64,000 nt of DNA from Podarcis muralis (lineage: Eukaryota): contig NC_135670.1 of the NCBI RefSeq assembly GCF_964188315.1, positions 4,774,001 to 4,838,000 on the forward strand, read 5' to 3'. A program made the translations under genes and the position numbers. The notes beneath the pieces are model-generated. The model did no database searches and had not been told where the DNA came from. It was given only the letters and a program-made list of their open reading frames with translations. Shown here piece after piece: positions 50,301-62,250 of this stretch. Each line of letters starts with the position of its first letter. Within the stretch, counting starts at the first letter, position 1.

Positions 50301-52772
50301 CCCCTCGTGAGCCGGGTTGTGGCGCAGTAATAAACCCCAGAGTCGTTCCTTTGCACATCGCTGATCCTCAGACTGTGCCCTTGGCTTGAGTACCTGCCCT
50401 GTACTTGTTTTGCGTATGGAGAACTCTCGTAAATCCTGTGCAGATTTTTGCCTTCATCCTCCTTGTACCAGGAAACCATCAACGAGAAAGTTTCTTTTAC
50501 AACGGGGCAGCGGATGTCAGCCATGTCTCCAGGAGATACCGAGATCAGGGCCAGATCCTGCGGTATTTCAGAATTTCCCTCTAACTGAGCAGCTATAAAA
50601 TGGAAACAAAGGGACGTGTGATAAGCTGGTAGGAAAATGAGTGAAGGGGAAAGATTCAGACATGTCGGACTGTGAATTTATCCACAGTCCTTCTTGGAAC
50701 CAGCACTGATATTATTAATTAATAATTATTAATTGAAATATACATTTTTTTAAAAAACCAGAAGCATTTTATTTGGTATTATAGGTCAGGACATTAATAG
50801 GCAAGATGTTAAATTGTTTTTATATGCAACAACTGTGGCAAGAGTATTGTTAGCCCAGAAATGGAAACAAGAAGAAATTCCGCCGAAAGAAGAATGGCAG
50901 GCGAAATTAATGGACTATGCAGAACTGGACAAAAGGACAGGAAGGATTCGAAACCTGCGGGACCAGAGATTTACAGAAGATTGGAACAAGTATATGTATT
51001 ATTTGAAGAGCAACTGTAATCAACAAATTACGCTAGTAGGACTACAAGAAGTTTTGTAAGGAGAAATATACAAAGTGTTACAAAGTAGAAAAAGATAGAG
51101 ATATTGGTTATGAGTTTGAAATGTAATAGGGGAAATAAGAAATGCATACTGAGAGATTAGACTGGAAAATTTTCAGACAGGATTGATGGAAGTCAAAAAT
51201 TTGAATAAGATGTAAAAGTATGTTTTATTACTGTTGAAAATGATATGTTTTTTAAAAAACTAATAAAAAATTATATATATTAAAAAAATATTATTAATTT
51301 ACACCACAAATTTTGGACCGTGGGTCTTTGGCGACGGTCAGTTTCATGCATTTTAGCGGCAGGCATGCTTATTCCATAACCATGACTTGAGGCATCCAAA
51401 CAAAGCTTTCCTCAATGCCCTAGCTAAGGTGGAATATTTGTAGCACACTTTTCTTTTTTTTTGCTTTAAAAATGGGAATGTAAGAACACGAATATTCAGA
51501 TTTGAATAAGCTATAAAAAACTAAGCTATAAATGCAGTGGCATTTTACAAGACGGACTTATACTCTTTATTTTTTAAAAGACCTCCTATGGTTTCATCCC
51601 ATCTCATTGGGCGCATTTTCTTGCACCTGTGTAAATGAAGAAAACGAGAAAGAAAGCAGCCAGTGCTGTTTTGTTTTATTTTCATTCGTTTTAACTTAAT
51701 TTTTACTGGAGACCTTTTTGCTCCAACCTTATGTGAGAAAGAATGATGAAAACTTACCTCTCTGAGGTGGGGGGAGGTTTAAGGCACTGCTACCGAAGCT
51801 TACAAAACGTTTTCACCGTATAGCTTTACCAAACAAAAGCAGTAATTCATATTCCTCTCACAAGTACACGTACATGTATATAAAGTCTAGCTGAATTTCC
51901 TCAGAACAGAGTTCTAAAAATGAGTGCCTTCGAACACTGCATTTTAGACACTGTTCATCAGTCAGCTTTTCTTGCTTCAACTGCAAAATCTCAGACCAAA
52001 AGGATCCAACATCAGCAACGGCAACCAGGCGAGATATTTACAATAATATCTAAGGGTTGTAATTTCCATGTTCACTGATTTTGATGGACCTAAATTGGCT
52101 GCATCCAGTGTCCTGAACAGGCCTACTCTGAGTAAGACTGATGGTGGATACCCAGAAATAAATCTCACTGTGTTCAGTGGGGCTTTCTGCCAAGCAAGTG
52201 TGTTTAGGGTTTTCAGCCCCAAAACCAAAACCAATATAAAGATACAATCTGCTGAGATCAAGTCTTTTAGCTTTCAAAGATGCTTACTGCAGAGTGACAA
52301 ATGGAGGAACAAAAAATATGCATTCAATCCTGATTGGTTTACATTTATTTATTTTATGAACTGTCGCCTGGAGGAACCTAGACAAAAGACCCTCAACTCA
52401 GATATCTTTTAGGCGTAGTTATTTGACTTAACATGATGCAAAAATTGTTTTCTCCCTTGCAGACATCCTGACTGTATTTTGCTTTATAGCTGATGAGCAA
52501 TACCCATTATTTGTTCAGCTAGGTAGCCGTGCTGGTCTGACGCAGTGGAAATAAACAAAGAAATTAATAAATTGTCCAGTAGCTCCTTAGAGACCAGCTA
52601 AGTTTGTTCTGGGTATAAGCTTTCGTGTGCTACTGGACAATTTTTTAATTTCTCCATTATTCGTTGCTTGCATTGTTTCATGTTATTCTTATTAAGAATC
52701 ATATTATAGATAATAAAGATACATACTCGGCAGATAAAATAGAATGAGCCCAAGGAAGTGTGAGAGAGACAT
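45492..52772 (-). CDS. Gene E: non-rearranging VJ-C1 IgSF receptor, type-2 chain, ITSM-like tail, 310 aa
   Basis: Leader 52772-52727 (MSLSHFLGLILFYLP); V 50592-50281 (DIRC..VSWYK..DSGVYYCATTRLTRGTRLVIS); C1 49191-48892; CP/TM 46985-46884 (DDCVSILYFGVPCVVSVILLISLSALFFRK); tail exons 46729-46680 and 45614-45492 (TEYAELRCNKW...QRAT*). Total 933 nt, in phase. Confidence 0.86.
45954..46245 (+). mobile_element. Sauria SINE (variant subfamily)
   Basis: AAAGGTAAAGGTACCCCTGCCCGTACGGGCCAG head. Confidence 0.85.
49263..49680 (-). mobile_element. Solo LTR with a CCAAT-containing 40-bp tandem repeat
   Basis: Minus strand TGTTATG...ATTTCA; 5-bp TSD CAGGC; TATA-like at 49353-49360; AATAAA at 49300-49305; about 4.5 copies of GGACCAATCAGACTGCTGCATTCTGAATCCTATTGTTCTA at 49469-49660. 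Confidence 0.85.
50721..51288 (+). mobile_element. L1-like 3' fragment in gene E intron 1
   Basis: 11-bp TSD TATTATTAATT (50710-50720 and 51289-51299); the empty site is present in gene D. Confidence 0.85.
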
Positions 52773-53595
52773 CTTCTGGTCCTCTTCAGGTGCTGAACTT
52801 GAAAACAGACCTGCTGGGCAAGGGCTTTCTCCTCCAGCCTAGTGCTGCGTGTGACGTACGTCTCTCAATTTCCTGCCAATTTCCGTGGGTTAGAAAGTCA
52901 AAGGTTGGGAAACGAAAGCCGCCTCTGACTTGCACGGGGTCCCCCACACAACATTCACAGGGGCAGACTTCAGCACCTTTGCTTTGAAGCCACAGAAGCA
53001 GGGAGATTTTGGAAAAAAAGAGGAGAACTTATTTCACGTGCAACTTTTGGGGGATTGAGAGAAATGCAGGAAATATGCTTTCTCTATGCAGGAAGATGAG
53101 CTCAGGATAGAGTACCACATAATGGTTCAAATGATGCATAAATTTTAGGGAAGAAAGTTGGGGGAGAGGTCACCATTTTCCACAAAGCATAGGAATACCA
53201 TTTACCGTATTTTTTGTTCTATAAGACTCACTTTTCCCCTCCTAAAAAGTAAGGGGAAATGTGTGTGCGTCTTATGGAGCGAATGCAGGCTGTGCAGCTA
53301 TCCCAGAAGCCAGAACAGCAAGAGGGATTGCTGCTTTCGCTGCACAGTGAACCTTTTGCTGTTCTGGCTTCTGGGATTCAGAATATTTTTTTCTTGTTTT
53401 CCTCCTCCAAAAACTAGGTGCATCTTATGGTCTGGTGCGTCTTATAGGGCGGAACATACGGTAGTGATTTTGATCTGCACAGGTGTATTTAAAGCATAAA
53501 TTTCCCAAGCTGGTTTACCTACACAAACATACACCAACCTGTAATAAATGAAGGGGTAAACAAGCCAAATTTTCTGAGAGGAAAAATATTTGTTT

Positions 53596-53923
53596 TTGTT
53601 GTTTAGTCGTTTAGTCAAATAGAAGGGGAAGAAATGGAGGCAGTGAGAGATTTTTACTTTCTTGGGCTCCACGATCACTGCAGATGGTGACAGCAGTCAC
53701 GAAATTAAAAGACACCTGCTTCTTGGGAGAAAAGCAATGACAAACCTAGACAGCATCTTAAAAAGTAGAGACATCACCTTGCCAACAAAGGTCCGTATAG
53801 TTAAAGCTCTGGTTTTCCCAGTAGTGATGTATGGAAGTGAGAGCTGGGCCATGAAGAAGGCGGATTGCCGAAGAATTGATGCTTTTGAATTATGGTGCTG
53901 GAGGAGACTCTTGAGAGTCCCAT
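53596..53923. mobile_element. Bov-B fragment with inverted 3' tip
   Basis: TTGTTGTTTAGTCGTTTAGTC (3' end, minus) joined to a plus-strand RT segment (MTNLDSILKSRDITLPTKV). Confidence 0.75.
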
Positions 53924-54905
53924 GTGATGAAATATAAAACAGATTTAAACCAATGCATGCGGCAGTTCATAACATCCATCAAAAGTCATCTGATTAATCC
54001 TTAACACACCAGTAATGAATGAACAAATTGGTACCCAGAAATCCCTAATTGTGCTTCAAGGCGGCCAGAAGCTGTTCCTGACAGTCAATTCCTCATCATG
54101 TCTAATGTCAGGGCTGGGCTTAGATGGCACAGAAGACCTGCTCCTTCAGATGCCTGCCTATTTTTGCCTCACCAGGCTCCTTCAGGAGGAAAATATCATC
54201 TTCATCTTCATTATCATCCAAGTTGAAACTTGTAGCACGATAAGGTACAGACCACTGTATTTTAATATTTTGTTGGAAGCCGCCCAGAGTGGCTGGGGAA
54301 ACCCAGCCAGATGGGCAGGGTATAAATAATAAATTATATTCTATGCTATAAGAATTCCCAAGACAGAAGCAGAAATAAGCAAAGGCCTACCTGCAATTTG
54401 GCCTCGTTTTATTTCACGTACAAATCAAAGCAGCGCACTTCAAGGGTACAGACCTCATGATAAATATTCAGTGACGAGATTTAATTTCTGTGTCAACAAT
54501 GCTGGCAAGAACCTTTTGATTTCCCTTTGGCTATCTCCATACGATACCTGGAGAGAGAAAAACAGAAACAGAAAAACATGGTCATGAATAGCAGAATCGT
54601 AGATTTCTAGAGTTGGGATCCCAGTGGTCATCTAGTCCAATCCCTGCAATGCAGGAATCACAGCGAAGCTAATGAGGTTAATGTCATGTTATAATACTCC
54701 CAAAGAACTGTTCCACATTTCCTTTCCCATTCCTTATTTGCATTCGTCCTTTAAAAAACGGGGTTCTATGATCTGTGCACCTAAATGATAAAATAATAAT
54801 TTAAAAACTTCCATAGCCTTGCTAGTGCTTAGAGGTCTCCAATACTGAGAGGGACATTTGTGGGCTGCCCAGGACTGATTCTGCCCCAGTCCGTTTCCTC
54901 GATGG

Positions 54906-54983
54906 CACGCCCACAAGGAGGTGGGTCCTCTGCAAGAAGCTGGCATCAAGTTAGACCTTCTCACTGTAGCTGCTGCACATCCG
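54906..54983 (+). promoter_or_regulatory. Conserved proximal promoter/5' UTR of type-1 gene C
   Basis: Same block as in A and B. Confidence 0.55.
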
Positions 54984-57900
54984 ATGTGGGTTTTGAGCTT
55001 CTGGCAGCTGCATCTTTCAACAATGCTGTGGGCTGCGTACATCGTTCTGGCCTCCACAGGTAACATTTATTCTGCTCCTTCTACCAGACTCTTAACACTT
55101 AAAGCATGAGAAAGTCAGTGGGTTGTATGTTTATGCACTCAGAGAGTTCCTCCACACTCAGCTCAGGCAAAATACTTTCTCCTTCAGCATGTGTCTTATT
55201 TCCAGGGCTTCAGTTGCAGGACAGTGTTGTTGTTTAGTCGTTTAGTCGTGTCCGACTCTTCTTGACCCCCTGGACCAGAGCACGCCAGGCACTCCTGTCT
55301 TCCACTGCCTCCCGCAGTTTGGTCAAACTCATGTTGGTAGCTTCAAGAACACTGTCCCACCATCTCGTCCTCTGTCGTCTCCTTCTCCTTGTGCCCTCCA
55401 TCTTTCCCAACATCAGGGTCTTTTCCAGGGAGTCTTCTCTTCTCATGAGGTGGCCAAAGTCTTGGAGCCTCAGCTTCAGGATCTGTCCTTCCAGTGAGCA
55501 CTCAGGGCTGATTTCCTTCAGAATGGAGAGGTTTGATCTTCTTGCAGTCCATGGGATTCTCCTCCAGCAGGACAGTGTAGGGATTCTCAAACAGTGTGAT
55601 GTCTCCTTCAACGTCTTCTTGCAAGAAAAGCCAGAGCGACAAACGGCAACCATAAACGGTCTTTCTCCTCCACAGTGTTTCCAGCACACTTGCAGATCCT
55701 GCATCCGACCCAGCGGTTCCTGTTTGTGGATATTGGGGAGACGGCACAGATCTCGTGCACTTCTGTAGAAGATATAGAAGATCGGGCATTATCATTCATC
55801 TGGTACAAAAGAAGAGAACATGGAATGCCGATTTTAATCAAAAGTTGCAATGATAGAAAACCCGGAGGCAGATTTGCTTGCAAAGTTAATCCTAACCGTC
55901 GAAACGCCATACTGGAGATCCTTCATGTGCAGAGCTCTGATTCTGGCCAATATTTCTGTGCCCAAGAATCTTCTCGTGGCTTGCATTTCAGCACTGCAAC
56001 ATCTTCACTGATTGTTGGAGGTAAGAGATCAGGGCTGACGGAGCTTTGCTGCTGTGTGTTAGAGGCACCAGGGTCTGAATTCAAGCAGAGTCAAATAAGG
56101 ACCAGTTCTCAGGATCATCCCATTCACTGCAGGCAAGATTCTTGCTGAATTTTAGCCACTGCATTCATGTAAGGAGGTGGCATGGCCCCCTGCCAGACTG
56201 CAACCACATTTGGGTGGATCGGTAGCTTATTGAGTTCAGTAAGTTGATATTGCCCTCCAGAGCAAGTTTTGAAATGTTCTTCCTCTCAAGGAAACTTTCC
56301 CCATGTTGCCTTGTGGGCTAAGAGGTTCCTAGGCATGCGCCCCTGTGCATTGTAAAACATTCCAGGCTGCGGGGTTTCTGATGCGCATTCCCTATGAACC
56401 AACACCTGAGCCTTGTCTCCAAATGAGCACTGCATGGGAATTGTGTTTTTGGTGACAGTGATCTGTCTTTTAAGGACATTGATCTGGAGTTAAAGGTAAA
56501 GGGACCCCTGACCATTAGGTCCAGTCGTGGTCGACTCTGGGGTTGCGGCGCTCATCTCGCTTTACTGGCCGAGGGAGCCAGCGTACAGCTTCCGGGTCAT
56601 GTGGCCAGCAGGACTAAGCCGCTTCTAGCGAACCAGAGCAGAGCATGGAAACGCCGTTTACCTTCCCACTGGAGCAGTACCTTTTTATCTACAGTGGTAC
56701 CTCAGGTTACATACGCTTCAGGTTACAGACTCCACTAACCCAGAAATAGTGCTTCAGGTTAAGAACTTTGCTTCAGGATGAGAAGAGAAATCGTGCTCTG
56801 GCGGCGCAGCAGCAGCAGGAGGCCCCATTAGCTAAAGTGCTGCTTCAGGTTAAGAACAGTTTCAGGTTAAGAACGGACCTCCGGAACGAATTTAGTACTT
56901 AACCCGAGGTACCACTGTACTTGCACTTTGAGGTGCTTTTGAACTGCTAGGTTGGCAGGAGCAGGGACCGAGCAACGGGAGCTCGCCCCGTTGCGGGGAT
57001 TCGAACCGCCGACCTTCTGATCGGCAAGTCCTAGGCTCTGTGGTTTAACCCACAGCGCCACCCGCGTCCCATGATCTGGAGTTACTAAGCATCTTTTCTG
57101 AGAAGTCTTGCACACACTACCCTTGAAACCCCCACCATTTCCTGGCATAAAAGCCCAACACCAGGATGAAATTCTGAAGCCTTTGTTATCTATAGGTGGT
57201 CCTCCTTGCTGTACTCTCTTTGGAGATTGTTCTTACTGTGCCCCTTGCTTTGTTTTCCTCACCAGACAGTTATACTCCGAGCACCCGGGTGATGCTTTTG
57301 CAGCCCTCTAACCAAGACCCAGATTCTCGGTTCAAGAACCAACTTGTTTGCGTGGTCCATGGCGTGTCCAACTTAGTCCAGATGTCCTGGGACGTCCCAG
57401 GAGGTCTCCAGCAAGAGGACCAGACCCTTTTGGTGAAAAACAGCAGTGGGTCGTTATCCTTTGTCAGTGTCCTTCACCTCCCCATGGAATTACAAAACAC
57501 TGTGGGAAACATCACCTGTGAAGTCAAGTTCAACTCTTCCAGCACCAGCGTGAAGAAAACTGCTGTGTTCAACGCAGGTGAGTGAATCTTTTCTTCCTGC
57601 CATAAGAATATCAGGCGGCCTTTTTCACCAACGTCGCTTATGGAAGGTCTTTTTTCCATCGTGAATTTTAACCAACCCCCCCCCCCATTGATAATACCAC
57701 TGACTGCCCTTTTCTGCTTTTAGCGATGTCCAGAGTTTTACAAAACTTGCTCAATTACTCAAAGGCTCTTGAATATTCATGCCCCAAAACGCTTGCTTTT
57801 TCCTGACTGGTTAGTAATACACAGGGCTAGAGTCTGTGTGATTTGTGCTTGTATTTCTGTTGCTTTTTTATTTCGCATATGTTGCATTTTATTGTGTGAC

Positions 57901-60229
57901 AATCTGAATTCAAATTGTACGTGTCAAATTGTACATGCCCATAACCACCTGAAGGAAGCTCATGCTCCAGCGGCAGCAGGAGGCCCCATTAGCTAAAGTG
58001 GTGCTTCAGGTTAAGAACAGTTTCAGGTTAAGAACGGACCTCCAGAACGAATTCAGTTCTTAACCCGAGGTACCACTGTATTCTGGTTGGCCTCTGTTAT
58101 TTTCTCCTACTGATAGGGAACCTATACAGACTCTGGAATACCCCATAAGGGAAAAGGAACAGGTTTCTTTCCTTACAGCATCTCCTCCCCCTTTCGGAGG
58201 CAGAATCCCTCTGAATAACACCAGTTGATCACAAGTAGGGCAAGTGCTGTTGTGCTCGGGTTCTGCTTTCGGACTTCCATCGGGGATCTGGTTAGCCACT
58301 TTGAGAAGAGGAGGCTGGACTAAGTGGACCTGATTCAGCTCCGAGACTATCCTTAGGTTCTTACGGAGCCTCCAGGTCCAGGGGCAGTCTATCTGGATTT
58401 CAAGGTTCTTAGGGCCATTTGGCCACTGTGGGAACAGAATGATGGACTAGATCAGGCCAGGCTCTCCTTATGTCCTTCTTTAGTCTTTTGCCAAAAACAG
58501 CATTTCCTGAGTAAGCAAATCTTTTCCCCCTCTCTCTCTTCTTTCTAAAGCTTTGTTGACAGAAGGTGATGCAAAGTGCCTAACCCACAAAGTGTCCTTG
58601 GCTGTCGTAGCAGGATTGGCATCACTGCTCATCTCCCTGAGTTTCCTTTGGGTCCGATTTGGCCTTCCCTGGCTAGGTAATATGGGGGAACGCACCCCGG
58701 GCCGGGGGGGGGGGATCACATGAACAATATCCCCTATTCAAGTAGGTGGCCGTGTTGGTCTGCCGTAGTCAAAATAAATTAAAACAATTCTTTAAAAAGA
58801 TCGTTGAAAAGACTCCTTCAAAACCTAAAAACGCTCTGAAAAGAATCAAGTCTTCAAAAAAGTTATAGGATCTAAGGAAGTCTTTAAAAGAATCCTTCTA
58901 AAAGAATTTAAAAATTATAAAGTTGCACCCTAGAGACCAACTGAGTTGTTTTCAATATAAGCCTTTGTTTGCATGCACACTTCTTCAGATACTCTGAAAA
59001 CATATCTCCTGGGTCAGTTTCTCCTTATGCAGAGTGCAAAAATGAATTTCTCTGCTTGAAGTGGACAAGGCAGCCTCTGCTCCCCCTGATTTATTTTATA
59101 TTTTAGTTAGCAAGATTTGTGCATGTTGCTTAATGAACAAAAAAGGGTTTTACACAAACGTTAAAAACAAGCAGACATACAAACTGAACAAAAAAAATAG
59201 ACAAAATCAGCTGTTTTCCTCATCACAAAACATTGGACCAAGTCCTACTCAGAGTAGTCCCATTGAAATAAACAAACCTGATTTTAAAAATGCATATATC
59301 AGTGAAAGAAAACGTACAGAGATGCATTATGATCGAGGAGATTGTTTGCAAAGAAGTGTATATTAGTAAAAAGTGCATCCCCGAAAGTGTTTATTAGGAG
59401 AAATTTGTACTAAAATACTGGTGAGTCTTCATGTGTTTTTTTAAAATATAATTTAAAAAAATGCAAATTGCTGTAGAAGTGTGGAGAACTGACTTTAATG
59501 TTGGGAAAATGAGGGACTTAGGAGAGCGGAAATGTACAGATTTGCTCATCAGGCTCAAATGTGGAATGCAGAAGGATGTGGGATTGGTGCATTTTCTATT
59601 ATTTATGGATTGGTGCATTTTCTATGTGTCTTATTATTCATTTTTTGCTCCTCAAGGTTCCCACACCAAGATCTCCGAGCCCCCATCTTCAGGGATAACA
59701 GAGGTAGGAACTCTTTTAAATATATATACATGTATAGGTTTTGAGATGCTCTAGGTTTTGAGGCGTACACAGTCTCAGGTGTACAATCTGGGCACACAAC
59801 TGATAAGAATGAGGGATAAAATCAGCTCAGTTTGCATGCTGCCAAATCCACCTGTTTTGAATCCTTTGATATTTTGCACTTATCCGAATTTTGCATTGCA
59901 CTCCTCTATCCAAGCAACAGTCACAAAAATGAATATATTAGGAAGAGGTGTGCCTGAAAATGAATGAATCTGTGAACGTAATGCACAGAAATACACTATA
60001 TACTTGCAAAAAACATGTGTCTTGTCCCCATGAGGTCTGGCTGCTTCTCACATGGGATATAAAGGTGTTGAATTTAAGCCGTCAATCAACTAACATCCCT
60101 CTCCTCCAAATTTCAAAACAGGATGGGATTTGCTACGCCCAACTGGACTTTCAAGCAAAGACCCAAGATGAGAGGAAGAGAAGACTAGGAGCGCAAGGGA
60201 AGAAATCCAAAACTTTGAAGGACCTTTGA
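54984..60229 (+). CDS. Gene C: non-rearranging VJ-C1 IgSF receptor, type-1 chain, ITIM-bearing, 333 aa
   Basis: Leader 54984-55059; V 55676-56020; C1 57266-57577; CP/TM 58563-58676 (EGDAKCLTHKVSLAVVAGLASLLISLSFLWVR); tail exons 59657-59703 and 60122-60229 (DGICYAQLDFQAK...KDL*). Total 1002 nt, same exon plan as A. Confidence 0.88.
55228..55566 (-). mobile_element. 5'-truncated Bov-B in gene C intron 1
   Basis: 12-bp TSD GCAGGACAGTGT; empty site at 39070-39081 in gene B. Confidence 0.92.
56492..57070 (+). mobile_element. Sauria SINE interrupted by a Tigger-like MITE (56692-56917)
   Basis: The SINE resumes exactly after the TA duplication. Confidence 0.9.
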
Positions 60230-61989
60230 GAAGCACCAGTTGCTAGACTCTGATTTGGGAGGATTTAAAAAATAAATAAATTATTTAATGGATTTGTTGC
60301 CTCCGTTGTGCCAAACATTAGTTGCTAGACTCCGATTTGAGAAGACGGTGTTTTCTTTCCACCTTAATCGTGAAAGGCTACATTGCTTGCGACAAAAACT
60401 CCGAGCCACTTCTGCTGTGCGTTTGTGGCTTATTCACACCAGATAGGGGAATTGTACATGTGGTGGCAGGAAGGCTGGTCAACCATTCTGAGTCAGAGGG
60501 AGGTAAGACAAGTTTTGCATCGAACAAATAACACAAGAGAAGGATGAGAAGAGTCGGGTTTGCTTAGATGGGGGAGTCGCCAGCTTTCAGAATCTGGCTG
60601 CTCACTCCCGATCGAGGTGGAACACATTGTAGGGTTGCCAACTCCCTGCCCCGCAAGGCTCCTCTGCCTTAAGCAGCATAGCCAGAAGCAGAAATCCCAC
60701 TGGGGATGCATTGCTGATGACTGAGTGTCTGCCTTCTCCTTGTCCAGGAGCCTTGCAAGGGAAATAGTTGGCGTCCCTGGCTGCAGGAGAAAATGTAGTC
60801 TTTAGCTGGCCTGGGGTGAAAGCGAGCAGGATTGGTGAGCATGTAGCAGACTGGCAAAAGAGGGGATTTGGGCAGGTACAGCTGTACCTGTAACAGATGT
60901 TCATTCTGGCATCAGCCTGACCCACGCAAAAACATTTTTTGAGGGTTGGCGGGAAGAGATCTGCCACTCTCAACATCAAGCCCTGTAACCAAGTGGATGG
61001 AAAACAATAAACCTTCCGAATTGCCCAGCAGTCTGTTTCTTTACCAGTTTCGCAGTGTTTATAGGCTGACCTATCGCAGGGCAGCTGCTATCAAGAAATA
61101 AAATTGCTTAAAACTAATTGGAAAAATGAGAAACAGACAAAATTCAAAACTGACCCATCAGGCCATCCCCAGTCAACAAGACAAGGGTGGTTTTTTTCCT
61201 GCATTCAACACTGCCTGCAATTTTATAGACTGGAGGTTATTTGATGCTTTTCGTATTCGTCTGAATTGCCTTCAGATTATAATTTATGGCATGTTTCCAT
61301 TTTTTATGCAAGGTGTTTGGGAAGCTATTATTATTGTTGTTGTTAATCATCAGAGCTTTTTCCCCCTTCAGCCAGAGCTCACTGGAGCTCAGCTTTGCCA
61401 CCTCTCAGGCGGGCACCATTGCCATTCAAAGAGAAGAAGGGAGAAGTTTGTGGTGAGCTCCGACACCTCTTTTCCTAGAAAAATAGCACTGATGATGATG
61501 ATGATTACATTTTGTTGCAGGAATTTATGTATAGGTGGAGGGGGGGTTGCCCCTCCAGCAGATATCATGCACATGCAGCCCACTACCAAAATCACTTTTG
61601 TGACATTTGTGACTTGTCCCCACAAAACACTTCATCGCAGTTTCTTCCTATCTATTCAAAGGGCATTTGCTGCAGGATACCAAATGTAAGAATTCACTGA
61701 TAAATGTATCTCTGTACTGGCTCACTGGGAAAACTTCAGAAATCCATATAGACCTGTGAGCTCAGCTCCTCAGCAGCCCCTCTGCCTGAGTGATAATCCT
61801 GGCATCCTGATACCTGAGTGCCAGACCGGTAGCCATTCCAGAAATAAACCCAGATGAAGACAAAAGGGTGGGATTAACTTGGCTGGGAAACAAGGAAATA
61901 TACATATCTCTTTTGTTACACTTGATGGGTGTTTGGTGGAGGGGAAGGAGAACCATGGGGCAGGGTCCAGGATGCTCAGATTACTGCCA

Positions 61990-62250
61990 CCAAACCTCCC
62001 CTTTCGTGATGTAACCGTGATGTATGAGTGATGTAGTTTGGGGCGGGTGTAACATGGGGATTAGAGCTAATAAAAATTTGGGGGCTCTTTTGTTCGGGGC
62101 TTCCATCTTGTTCCACCTTGAGGCAGGTGGGAGTCCTGTCGCGATAGTCTTCAATAAAGACCAAGCCTACTGGCTGCTGTTTTGCTCTGGTATTCCTGGC
62201 TGGTGTCCTTGGTTTTTGTCCAAGGGAGCCCTCAGATTTCTCAGCTAACA
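61990..62250 (+). mobile_element. Possible solo LTR
   Basis: AATAAA near 62153, ends in TAACA; the 5' end and TSD are not defined. Confidence 0.35.

Noticed and set aside
21323-60229. Rearranging TCR or Ig locus (including the squamate TRB-derived locus)
   Set aside because: V and J-like strands share one exon, no RSS or separate J segments were seen, each V has its own C1/TM/tail, and the tails carry ITIM/ITSM-like motifs.
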